Origin: Bdellovibrionales bacterium
GTDB lineage: Bacteria > Bdellovibrionota > Bdellovibrionia > Bdellovibrionales > JAMPXM01
DNA: 36,092 nucleotides
NCBI GenBank assembly: GCA_043785085.1
Contig: JAYVXN010000359.1
Span: 1 to 36,092, forward strand
Reading direction: 5' to 3'
Shown here: piece after piece, positions 21,197 through 28,559 of the stretch
Layout of the letters: every line of letters begins with the position of its first letter
Position numbering within the stretch: position 1 is the first letter of the stretch
Program-made: the position numbers and the translations under genes
Notes under the pieces: model-generated
What the model was told of the DNA's origin: nothing
Database searches by the model: none
The model's input: only the letters and a program-made list of their open reading frames with translations

Positions 21197-21232
21197 TGAA
21201 AAAAAACAGGGCCGGCATTACTACCGGCCCTG
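21197..21232 (-). terminator. Rho-independent terminator of the two-small-ORF operon
   Basis: A 9-bp GC-rich stem CAGGGCCGG / CCGGCCCTG (21207-21215 / 21224-21232) encloses an 8-nt loop. It is followed on the minus strand by a run of 8 U (plus-strand A-run 21199-21206). Confidence 0.85.
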
Positions 21233-21285
21233 CTGCGATTTGGGGAAATCACGAACTACGAACACTTACCTAAAGGAGAAACACG

Positions 21286-21423
21286 CTACTTTTTGTATGA
21301 CCGGTCGTAGCGAACCGGACTCATTTTCAAATTATTTTGATCACTCAGGGCCATTTTCAAAAAGGCGTACCCTGTGGTGACGTAAGCGACACAAAAACCT
21401 AAAACGACAACGGCATGATCCAT
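21286..21423 (-). CDS. Small ORF absent from the supplied track, 45 aa, single-TM protein
   Basis: My own translation gives MDHAVVVLGFCVAYVTTGYAFLKMALSDQNNLKMSPVRYDRSYKK. GGAGAGGGA lies 8 nt upstream of the ATG. The start is 2 nt after the stop of the preceding small ORF, and the terminator follows about 55 nt downstream. Confidence 0.55.
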   Translation of the reverse strand: MDHAVVVLGFCVAYVTTGYAFLKMALSDQNNLKMSPVRYDRSYKK

Positions 21424-21425
21424 AT

Positions 21426-21569
21426 TCAAATTCCCTCTCCGATACGATCGATGATTTCTTGGAACCTTCGAATGATCACCAGTCGTGCTCGGCTACGGGT
21501 TTCTGATTTAAGGAGCTGAGACAATTTGTCCAGCTCTTGGGTCAACCGCTCTAATTCCTTGAGCGCCAT
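21426..21569 (-). CDS. Small ORF absent from the supplied track, 47 aa, predicted all-helical/coiled-coil protein
   Basis: My own translation gives MALKELERLTQELDKLSQLLKSETRSRARLVIIRRFQEIIDRIGEGI. GGAGGG lies 3 nt upstream of the ATG. The ORF is tightly coupled to the 45-aa ORF. Confidence 0.55.
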   Translation of the reverse strand: MALKELERLTQELDKLSQLLKSETRSRARLVIIRRFQEIIDRIGEGI

Positions 21570-21889
21570 AATCCCTCCGCGTTTACGAGGTCACGAGCTG
21601 ACTTCATCGCCTTCCCATCCAGGAAGCCTTGAAGGCTCTTGCTTGACCTCAACAATACGACAGTTGCCAGGCGGAATCTGGTTAATATTTTTTGGTGAGA
21701 TGTAGCCTAAGTGAAGTTCCAGACACATCTTCTCGGGCTTATGTGTGGATTAAGAAAAATTTGCGACGCTTGGCGCTTAAGTTTGATTTGGGCCCCAGAG
21801 GTGAATTTCCTGGTTTTAGGGCTAGGGACGTTTAGGCCACGAGGCAAATTGTCTCGACAGTTTTGCGGGGCCTGAGTCATAGTTGTCTC

Positions 21890-22090
21890 ATGAGTGCATC
21901 GACTTTAATTTCAGGACTTATATTCGGAGTGATTGGAATGTGGATGTTACGTGAAGGCAAACGCCACGTTAACTTTACTGTCGTCATTATTGGAATTTTG
22001 CTCATGACTTATTCTTGGTTTACTTCGAATCCACTCCAGGATTGGGGAATTGGCATTGGACTTTGTGCTTTGGCTTATCGGTATTGGTAG
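21890..22090 (+). CDS. Small integral membrane protein (2-3 TM), unknown function
   Basis: MSASTLISGLIFGVIGMWML...VVIIGILLMTY...GIGIGLCALAYRYW. I used the ATG at 21890; the track's TTG start is at 21863. No clear SD. Confidence 0.5.
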   Translation: MSASTLISGLIFGVIGMWMLREGKRHVNFTVVIIGILLMTYSWFTSNPLQDWGIGIGLCALAYRYW

Positions 22091-22150
22091 TTTCCAAAAA
22101 CGAGACACCCCTCATATCAAGAAATCCAAGAAATCCGCCGAAACTAAGAT

Positions 22151-22708
22151 ATGAAAAAAATCATTCTTGCCTCACTCTTTTTAGCTTCCTGCTCAGGTCC
22201 TTCGCTGACCGATCAAGCGCACAAGGTCCTTTTGCGAAAACAAATCACTGACAAGCAAAAATCCGAATACGTTGTCTTAACGTCGGTCCTTTGCGAAAAG
22301 GGTGCGAACTTTCGCTTACGGGAAAGTAATCGCGATTCATGCGGAAACTATCTCCGCAATGAGGCTGGCGTGATGGGTGGCGATTTGGTGATTACGGATG
22401 AGGGACAACATCCGAAAAGCTGGGCCTGGGGTGAGCGATGCAATAATTGTGTCCAGGTGATGGGCACGGTTTACCGAAAGAAAACTGTCGACGAGAAGAA
22501 AGCAGAGAAGAAAAAAGAAGAAGCCCTGGCGGCAGCGAAGGCTGAGAAACTCGGACCCGACCGTCAGCCTGCGGCCATTGGTGCAATTCCGGGTGCCAGT
22601 GCGCAGGACGAGGCTCCACTGGCAGAAACGAAGCCAACTCTTGAACAAATGTTTCCGCCGAAGCAGGAGACCTCTCATGTGGTCGACGAAGTTTTAAAAA
22701 GTCGATGA
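22151..22708 (+). CDS. Lipoprotein with DUF4156-like N-terminal domain and Lys/Glu/Ala-rich C-terminal tail
   Basis: Signal peptide plus lipobox (LFLASC). CGNYLRNEAGVMGGDLVI resembles the DUF4156 pattern. The tail is low-complexity (KKAEKKKEEALAAAKAEK). Confidence 0.6.
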   Translation: MKKIILASLFLASCSGPSLTDQAHKVLLRKQITDKQKSEYVVLTSVLCEKGANFRLRESNRDSCGNYLRNEAGVMGGDLVITDEGQHPKSWAWGERCNNCVQVMGTVYRKKTVDEKKAEKKKEEALAAAKAEKLGPDRQPAAIGAIPGASAQDEAPLAETKPTLEQMFPPKQETSHVVDEVLKSR

Positions 22709-22837
22709 CAGTTGAACATCTGCGAAATTTTTGCTTCCGACTTGCTCGAAGTCGCTGATTTTCATATCAAGAATTATGTCGCCAATCCACTTCCACAGAG
22801 ATAAGCGAGGCATCACTGAGCTCGGCTTATTCAAAAA

Positions 22838-23110
22838 CTAACTTAGTTTATCTGTCTTCTTGCCAAGCAAGCTTTGATAAGCCATATCGCCAAAGTGTTT
22901 CAATGCCGCTTGATTATAGGCCAGTGCGGCTTTTTGTTCGGTGAGAAAATCACCCAGCATCTCTCTACCGAGAAATACTCCATTGTGATCAAACGAAGAA
23001 ATCTGGACATTTCCTCGCAAGGTCTGGGGTAAATTAGTTTTATGAATTGTCACAGTCGCAGTTGCTTCGCCTTTTTGCGTGAGCACCTCACAATCCGCCG
23101 TCCAAGTCAC
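22838..23110 (-). CDS. Hypothetical 90-aa protein with weak AP2/ERF-like DNA-binding domain resemblance
   Basis: NGVFLG..LGDFLTEQKAALAYNQAALKHFGDMA resembles the AP2 consensus (G..LG.F.T.EEAA.AY..AA...FG.FA). The start is a GTG with no SD, and the ORF begins about 35 nt after a terminator, so expression is doubtful. Confidence 0.35.
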   Translation of the reverse strand: MTWTADCEVLTQKGEATATVTIHKTNLPQTLRGNVQISSFDHNGVFLGREMLGDFLTEQKAALAYNQAALKHFGDMAYQSLLGKKTDKLS

Positions 23111-23143
23111 GGCGGCTTTCAGCGGCTGATGGGGAGTGGCCGT

Positions 23144-23176
23144 GCAAAAAAAAAGGGGAAAGCACCGGGCTTTCCC
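23144..23176 (-). terminator. Rho-independent terminator of the 147-aa lipoprotein gene
   Basis: An 8-bp stem GGGAAAGC / GCTTTCCC (23156-23163 / 23169-23176) encloses a 5-nt loop. It is followed on the minus strand by a run of 9 U (plus-strand A-run 23146-23154), 15 nt after the stop. Confidence 0.85.
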
Positions 23177-23190
23177 ATGATTTGAGGAGA

Positions 23191-23634
23191 TTACTGCAGA
23201 AGCGAAATATCTCCTGTGTACTGAGATTCGGCGCGGCTCAGTGCCTTGTCCTCATCACGGCGCCAGTCCACCCAATTCGGAGCTGCGGCATTTTTAACTT
23301 GAGCGAGATTGGTTCTGGCGTCGTTGAGCAAAGAATCCAAATCCTCGGCGGCGTTCTCTTGTTTTTTAGCGCGATTCGGATCGGTGGCCGCAAGCTTACT
23401 GGCATTCACGCGAAGGTTTTGCGAAAACTGCGTCATCCGATCAATGCGGCCCTGCGATGAATTGATATAGGCAGAACGTTCGGATTCCAATTGAGTGGCC
23501 GCTTGCTGTGCCGCCGTTGGAGGTGCTGGTGGTGCGGCATGAGCGGTCTGTTTCGTTCCATTATGGCTGCAAGCAGTCAAGCCGACGACGGCCATGAGGC
23601 CAGCAGTCGAAATCAACGTTGTCATTTTCATCAT
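23191..23634 (-). CDS. Lipoprotein, helical, unknown function
   Basis: Signal peptide plus lipobox (VVGLTAC). The mature part is Ala/Gln-rich and helical. GAGGAGAGA lies just upstream of ATGATGAAAATG. Confidence 0.7.
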   Translation of the reverse strand: MMKMTTLISTAGLMAVVGLTACSHNGTKQTAHAAPPAPPTAAQQAATQLESERSAYINSSQGRIDRMTQFSQNLRVNASKLAATDPNRAKKQENAAEDLDSLLNDARTNLAQVKNAAAPNWVDWRRDEDKALSRAESQYTGDISLLQ

Positions 23635-23923
23635 TCTCTCCTCGTGTTATCGAAATCAATTAAATGACGTACTGTCATTCCATTTTATTTGTAACAAGAG
23701 TTGTCTTGATGAGACTCATTAAAGAGCGCTTATTTAAATAACATGACAAATTCACCCGAACTTCTCATGTCATTAACACATAATTCCTGAAACTTGAAAA
23801 ACATTAGGGCCTTCTCGCAATCGACGTCCGTTACCTGTGTGTAGAAAGCAGACACCAGATGAGTCACCCGCCCTAAGAGAGCGGCCGGCCGATCAAATCG
23901 ACCATTGGATCAAAACAGGTTGC

Positions 23924-24090
23924 TAGTACTTTGACAGGAAAGTTTGTAGCTGTTGTGCTCGGTCTTTTGACTCACCCCTTCGTTGGTCGTCGTCCAGTTA
24001 GCGCCGTTGGCTAGCCGTTCCTCCTCCCGCCTCGGTCTGATTCAAAACCCACGTCGCAAAACAGCTACAAACTTTCCTGTCAGAGTACTA
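23924..24090. repeat. 167-nt element bounded by 31-bp inverted repeats (MITE-like or rod-shaped structured RNA)
   Basis: TAGTACTTTGACAGGAAAGTTTGTAGCTGTT (23924-23954) pairs with 24060-24090 across 31 positions, with one transition mismatch. Weaker pairing continues inward. The core holds no ORF. The element lies 14 nt downstream of the trxA stop. Confidence 0.8.
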
Positions 24091-24104
24091 AACTAAATTT
24101 AGGA

Positions 24105-24431
24105 CTAAATATGCTTTTTCAAGACTGCGACAATATTTTCTTTGGGATGATTGCCGACGATCTGATCCACTTGTTGACCATTTTTAAAAAGAATCAAAGT
24201 CGGAACGCCGCGAATCCCATATTGCGAAGGGATGCTTTGATTGGCATCAATATCGACCTTCATAACTTTCAATTTGCCGGCAAATTCAGTGGCAATCTCT
24301 TCAAGCTTTGGCGCCAAAGAACGACAGGGTCCACACCATTCAGCCCAAAAATCGACCAAGACCGGAGTGTCTGATTTTAAGACATCCGAATCAAAACCTG
24401 AATCAGTGGTGGCTTGCGTATTGCTTCCCAT
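24105..24431 (-). CDS. trxA: Thioredoxin
   Basis: WAEWCGPC active site and a 108-aa product from the ATG at 24431 (GGAGA 4 nt upstream). The longest ORF (TTG start) reaches 24458. Confidence 0.93.
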   Translation of the reverse strand: MGSNTQATTDSGFDSDVLKSDTPVLVDFWAEWCGPCRSLAPKLEEIATEFAGKLKVMKVDIDANQSIPSQYGIRGVPTLILFKNGQQVDQIVGNHPKENIVAVLKKHI

Positions 24432-24590
24432 AAGGTCTCCCATTCGATCTAACGACAATATTCAATCATCCAATCCTTCTATTTTCAACGCAAGACCCGA
24501 CTAAAGGCAAGTCCTGAAGTGGATTTTTTACGCACAGCAAGGATAACGAAAGGCCTCAGTTTATTTGGCGAAATTGCCGAAGAGAGGGAG

Positions 24591-26534
24591 ATGCAAAAGT
24601 CGGATATAAAAATTCTTATCGTGGACGACGATCCCACCCTCGGTAAAGCCCTTGCCGAGCTGATCAAACGAAGTGGCTATAAGGCCCTTTTGATGTCCCG
24701 TCCCGACGAAGCTCTTGCCTCAGTTAAACTGCAGCCCGTCCATGCTGCGATTATCGACTGCATGCTTCCCAAAATGAACGGTCGCGACTTGGCTCTTAAA
24801 TTACGTGAGGACGTCTCTGCGACTTTGCCCATTATCCTGATGAGCGGTATTTTCAAAGATAAGAACTACACGCGCGAAGCCACGCAAGCCACTGGGGCCA
24901 TTAAGTTTTTCGCAAAACCCTTTGATATCAAAGAAATTGTAACCCTTTTAGATAGTAAGCTCACGCACCTGATCGACATCCCGCTCATTCCCATTCACGG
25001 AGTTCTCTCTAAAGTAAAACTCAGTGCCAAAGAGCGCATCAAAGCGATCAACGACTCGGATTCGGACTCTCTCCATAGTTTGGATTTGCCCTGGATTTAC
25101 AGTCTGCTTTTGGATCAAAAAATCAGCGGCCATCTCAATATTTTTACAGCCGACGGCGAAGTTGCCGGTGTGGGCTTTAATAAAGGCAACATCGTCCAGG
25201 TCAATCTCAACGATACGGAATCTTATTTCGGCGTGCTACTCGTGGAAAAAGGTTTTATTTCATCGCATGAACTCGAAGCCGTGATGGCGCAGGGTTCACG
25301 TCATAAACGCGTCGGCGAACGGCTGCTGGAAGCCAATGTCCTGTCACCCCATGCGATCCATATCGTCATGAGTGAACAACATGGAATTCGCTTGAGTAAA
25401 ACGATTGCAAATACCTCTGTCAAAGTGAACTTCATTGACACCGATGAAATGCGTGAAGATGCCCATGTCGACCGCAACGCATACTGCGAATTGGTGAATG
25501 ACTGGATTAGCTCAAAGATTCCATTAGAATGGTTAAAGGCGTTTTATATTCCCTGGATGCGCCACACGATCGTCAAAGGAGCGGAGTATTCTGAACGGCA
25601 TCGCTGTTTCACGCTGCCGCTGATTGCACACATTCCGCAATTTGCGCACAAAGCAGTGTCTGGAATCACAATGGAGCAATTATTTTCTTCTGCCGAATTC
25701 AATGAAGCCGATATGTACCGGGCGTTTCATTTGATGCTGATTAGCCGCATGGTCGTCTTTGGCGACGCCAATGCTCAAGGATCATTTGATTTTAAAGCGC
25801 ATCGCAAGCGCCTCGAGAAATTAGACCAGGAGCTTGATCAGCAAAACTATTTTGACCGCCTCGGCGTCAGTCAAAAAGCCAAAGAAAGCGAAATCAAGCG
25901 CGCCTATCACGAGCTCGCCAAAGCCCTACATCCAGATAAGCTCACCGGTGATACTCCGGCTGATTTGCGCGAGCTCACCAAGCGCGCCTTCGGAAAAATT
26001 TCTCAGGCCTATGAAGCCTTAAGCAACTCGGATACCCGCACCGACTATGTCAAAGAAATGGAGCAAGGCCGCGCCGAAATGATTCTTCAGGCCGAGTCCC
26101 TCACCGATCAGGGTCGCACCTTTCTCTCAAAGGGTGATATTAAGAAAGCACGAGAACTTCTGGAAAAGGCCATTACCCTCGCACCGCCGTCAGCCGAATT
26201 GCGTCTGTTATTGATGTGGGCGGAAATGAAAACTCCAAGCAAAGAAAAAAACCAGGTGCTGATCAATCGCATCAAAGAACATCTCGGGCAAATTCCGCCG
26301 GAAGAGCGTCACAACCCGACGTTTTATTTCGTCAAAGGCTTATTTTTAAAGGCCACGGACGACAGTGAAGCGGCTCGAAAAAGTTTTGAACATGCCGTTT
26401 CAATTGATGCGGACTTTATTGATGCCCGACGCGAACTAAATCTCTTAAAGCTGCAAAAACCGAATAAACAAACCGACTTGTTACGCGGCGATCTCAAAGA
26501 TGTTGTCGGACTCTTGTTTAAGAAAAAAAAGTAG
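24591..26534 (+). CDS. Multidomain response regulator: REC + DUF4388/PATAN-like + MshEN/T2SSE_N-like repeat + J domain (HPD) + TPR
   Basis: The canonical receiver residues are present (IVDDD, IIDCMLPKMNG, LMSG, AKPF). The PATAN-like segment is LLLDQKISGHLNIFTADGEVAGVGFNKGNIVQV. The J domain reads NYFDRLGV...HPDK..., and the C-terminus has TPR-like repeats. I chose the ATG at 24591; the track's GTG start is at 24519. Confidence 0.8.
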   Translation: MQKSDIKILIVDDDPTLGKALAELIKRSGYKALLMSRPDEALASVKLQPVHAAIIDCMLPKMNGRDLALKLREDVSATLPIILMSGIFKDKNYTREATQATGAIKFFAKPFDIKEIVTLLDSKLTHLIDIPLIPIHGVLSKVKLSAKERIKAINDSDSDSLHSLDLPWIYSLLLDQKISGHLNIFTADGEVAGVGFNKGNIVQVNLNDTESYFGVLLVEKGFISSHELEAVMAQGSRHKRVGERLLEANVLSPHAIHIVMSEQHGIRLSKTIANTSVKVNFIDTDEMREDAHVDRNAYCELVNDWISSKIPLEWLKAFYIPWMRHTIVKGAEYSERHRCFTLPLIAHIPQFAHKAVSGITMEQLFSSAEFNEADMYRAFHLMLISRMVVFGDANAQGSFDFKAHRKRLEKLDQELDQQNYFDRLGVSQKAKESEIKRAYHELAKALHPDKLTGDTPADLRELTKRAFGKISQAYEALSNSDTRTDYVKEMEQGRAEMILQAESLTDQGRTFLSKGDIKKARELLEKAITLAPPSAELRLLLMWAEMKTPSKEKNQVLINRIKEHLGQIPPEERHNPTFYFVKGLFLKATDDSEAARKSFEHAVSIDADFIDARRELNLLKLQKPNKQTDLLRGDLKDVVGLLFKKKK

Positions 26535-26537
26535 CCT

Positions 26538-27440
26538 TCATTTTTTATTAGTGAACAACGCCTTGACGAAATCGCGTTTGCTTTCATTCACGATTTCAAT
26601 TTCAGCTTTTTCTTCAATGCTCATTTTCGCCGCCTGCAGTTGCGCGGCTGTAAAGGCCGAATGCGGAATCACCTTATCTACAGGTTCGCGCGCCACCGAC
26701 TGCAGAAATTTCTCATAGCGCGCCCGGCGCTCTCGCTCGACATGCTCCACCAAAATTTCACCGAGCTTGCGGCCCGCCGCCAATGCCGAAGCCGGTGTTG
26801 GAATCTCGTGAGGAATTTCAATGCCGGTAACAGACGTTGCATTCGATGGCAGGCTATCAGTGCCGCCGATGGCTCGCGGAAATGGCAAAGTATTATCGTT
26901 GGCAGAACCTGAAACAGGTGCCTGCGAATCAGCCGTTTTTGCGCCGCGAACCACGGTGCGCTCGTCCCCGGGTTTAATACCTTGGTTGCCCTTGACCCGA
27001 GTGTCGTTATTGTCGGATTTTTTTGGTGCGATCAGTTTTTGATATTTATCCATCAGAACTTGAGCGTCCAAACGCGCCAGTGTTGCCATCGTCTGCAAAA
27101 CTCGAACGGGATCAATGGGTGAATCAATCACTGCATCTGCCATCTGTTGCATTTTAGGCGTCAAAGTGGCCGCGGCCTGAAAAGTGGCAACCAAAGCGAC
27201 CCGACAGTGCGGCGAGGCCTTCTTGACCTTCACGATGACTTTCTCTGTATCGATGCTTTTACCCTTAGAGGAGATGATTAAAAACTCCGGAATAAATCCC
27301 AGCAAACTCTCCGTCACCCCGATTTCCTTGGATAAACCGAGGACATCAAATCCGGTTTTCTTCAATAGTGTTTCGAGGGTTCGGAGCTCGGTGAATTCTT
27401 CGATAACAATCATGATTTTTACCATAGATTCAATTATCAC
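26538..27440 (-). CDS. Pseudo-receiver (REC-like) protein with Pro/Ser/Gly-rich linker and conserved-looking helical C-terminus
   Basis: The pattern is REC-like but the acidic pocket is EE (MIVIEE), the phospho-acceptor position is Ser (FLIISSKG), and the conserved Lys position reads IDSP. The start is a GTG with GGAGGG 6 nt upstream. Confidence 0.65.
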   Translation of the reverse strand: MIIESMVKIMIVIEEFTELRTLETLLKKTGFDVLGLSKEIGVTESLLGFIPEFLIISSKGKSIDTEKVIVKVKKASPHCRVALVATFQAAATLTPKMQQMADAVIDSPIDPVRVLQTMATLARLDAQVLMDKYQKLIAPKKSDNNDTRVKGNQGIKPGDERTVVRGAKTADSQAPVSGSANDNTLPFPRAIGGTDSLPSNATSVTGIEIPHEIPTPASALAAGRKLGEILVEHVERERRARYEKFLQSVAREPVDKVIPHSAFTAAQLQAAKMSIEEKAEIEIVNESKRDFVKALFTNKK

Positions 27441-27538
27441 CGATTGCCCTCCCTCAGTGCAACTTAGGCTAGACCACGAATGGGATGCGAATAACCTTGC
27501 TCGACCCAGTGCAAGCTTGATACAGCTATAGACAATTT

Positions 27539-27558
27539 TCTCTATTAATCTCTATTAA
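27539..27558. repeat. Perfect tandem duplication of TCTCTATTAA in a divergent promoter region
   Basis: 27539-27548 and 27549-27558 are identical. The repeat lies between the divergently transcribed pseudo-receiver gene and the GT2-like gene. Confidence 0.7.
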
Positions 27559-27590
27559 ACTGTGCGCCGCCTTATAACTAAGGTCGTGGG

Positions 27591-28499
27591 ATGAATGCTA
27601 AAAGCGGATTAAATTTTATGCAGACCACTGACGTCAAAATCAGTGGTTTTTCTGTCATTCGCAATGGCATTTTAATGGGCTACCCGGTTCTGCAGTCCAT
27701 TCGCAGCATTCTCCCAATTGTGGACGAGTTCGTGATCGGTGTTGGCCAAAGTGACGACGACACCAAAGAAATGATTCAAAGTTTGAACAATCCGAAAATT
27801 CGCCTCTTCGATTCTTTTTGGGATCCGAACAAGACCAAGGGCGGATTGATGTTGAGCGAAAAGACCAATGAGGCGCTGGATCAGTGTCGCAACGAGTGGT
27901 GTTTTTACCTTCAGGCTGATGAAGTGGTGCATGAGCAGGATCTGCTGCACATTCAAAAAGCGATCAATCATAACCAAAATGATTCGCGCGTGCAGGGTTT
28001 GCTTTTCAAATACGTGCATTTTTATGGCAGCTACGGCACGATTGCGACCAATCGAAAATGGTACCGCAATGAAGTCCGAGTGGTGCAGCGAAGCACAGGG
28101 ATCCGCTCACACAATGACGCACAGGGCTTTCGGGTCAATGGCGAAAAGCCGGTCGTGGCCCCATCAGGCGGGCGAATCTTCCACTATGGCTGGGTAAAAC
28201 CGCCAGCGGTGATGGGCCAGAAATCAAAACTTCTCAATCGCTGGTGGCATGGCAATAAAAGAGATCACGAGTTTGAAAATTTTCAGTATGATAAGCAGTA
28301 CGGTTTACGGCCGTTCTCTGGCGGGCACCCAGCCGTCATGAAAGAGTTGGTTGAGGCGCAACACTGGCACTTCAATCACCTTCGCCAACCGTCCGACTGG
28401 AAGTGGAAAGATTTAAACCTTTTCGCCAGCGATGTTTTTGAACGCGTGTTTAAATACCGCATTGGTGAATACAAACCGTATCGAGTTTTAAAAAATTAA
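27591..28499 (+). CDS. Glycosyltransferase family 2-like protein
   Basis: The N-terminal ISGFSVIRNG...LPIVDEFVIGVGQSDDDT...YLQADEVVHE fits a GT-A fold with a DxD-like ADE. An LPS-gene neighbourhood (kdsA, lptF/G) follows. Confidence 0.6.
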   Translation: MNAKSGLNFMQTTDVKISGFSVIRNGILMGYPVLQSIRSILPIVDEFVIGVGQSDDDTKEMIQSLNNPKIRLFDSFWDPNKTKGGLMLSEKTNEALDQCRNEWCFYLQADEVVHEQDLLHIQKAINHNQNDSRVQGLLFKYVHFYGSYGTIATNRKWYRNEVRVVQRSTGIRSHNDAQGFRVNGEKPVVAPSGGRIFHYGWVKPPAVMGQKSKLLNRWWHGNKRDHEFENFQYDKQYGLRPFSGGHPAVMKELVEAQHWHFNHLRQPSDWKWKDLNLFASDVFERVFKYRIGEYKPYRVLKN

Positions 28500-28559
28500 T
28501 TTCACTCTTGTCCTTGCTGACCAGGGTAACAAGAAAATGCCAACGAAAGGCCATTAGTC

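Noticed and set aside
21636-21655. TGGCA...TTG resembling a sigma54 -24/-12 promoter upstream of the small-ORF operon (minus strand).
   Set aside because: The spacing between the GG and the TTG is about 3 nt too long, and the -12 GC is missing.
23663-23775. AATGAC-N5-GTCATT palindrome, plus further ATGACA/TGTCAT half-sites, upstream of the 147-aa lipoprotein gene.
   Set aside because: Hexamer half-sites in an AT-rich 470-bp spacer are not statistically compelling on their own. Kept only as a note for anyone doing motif discovery.
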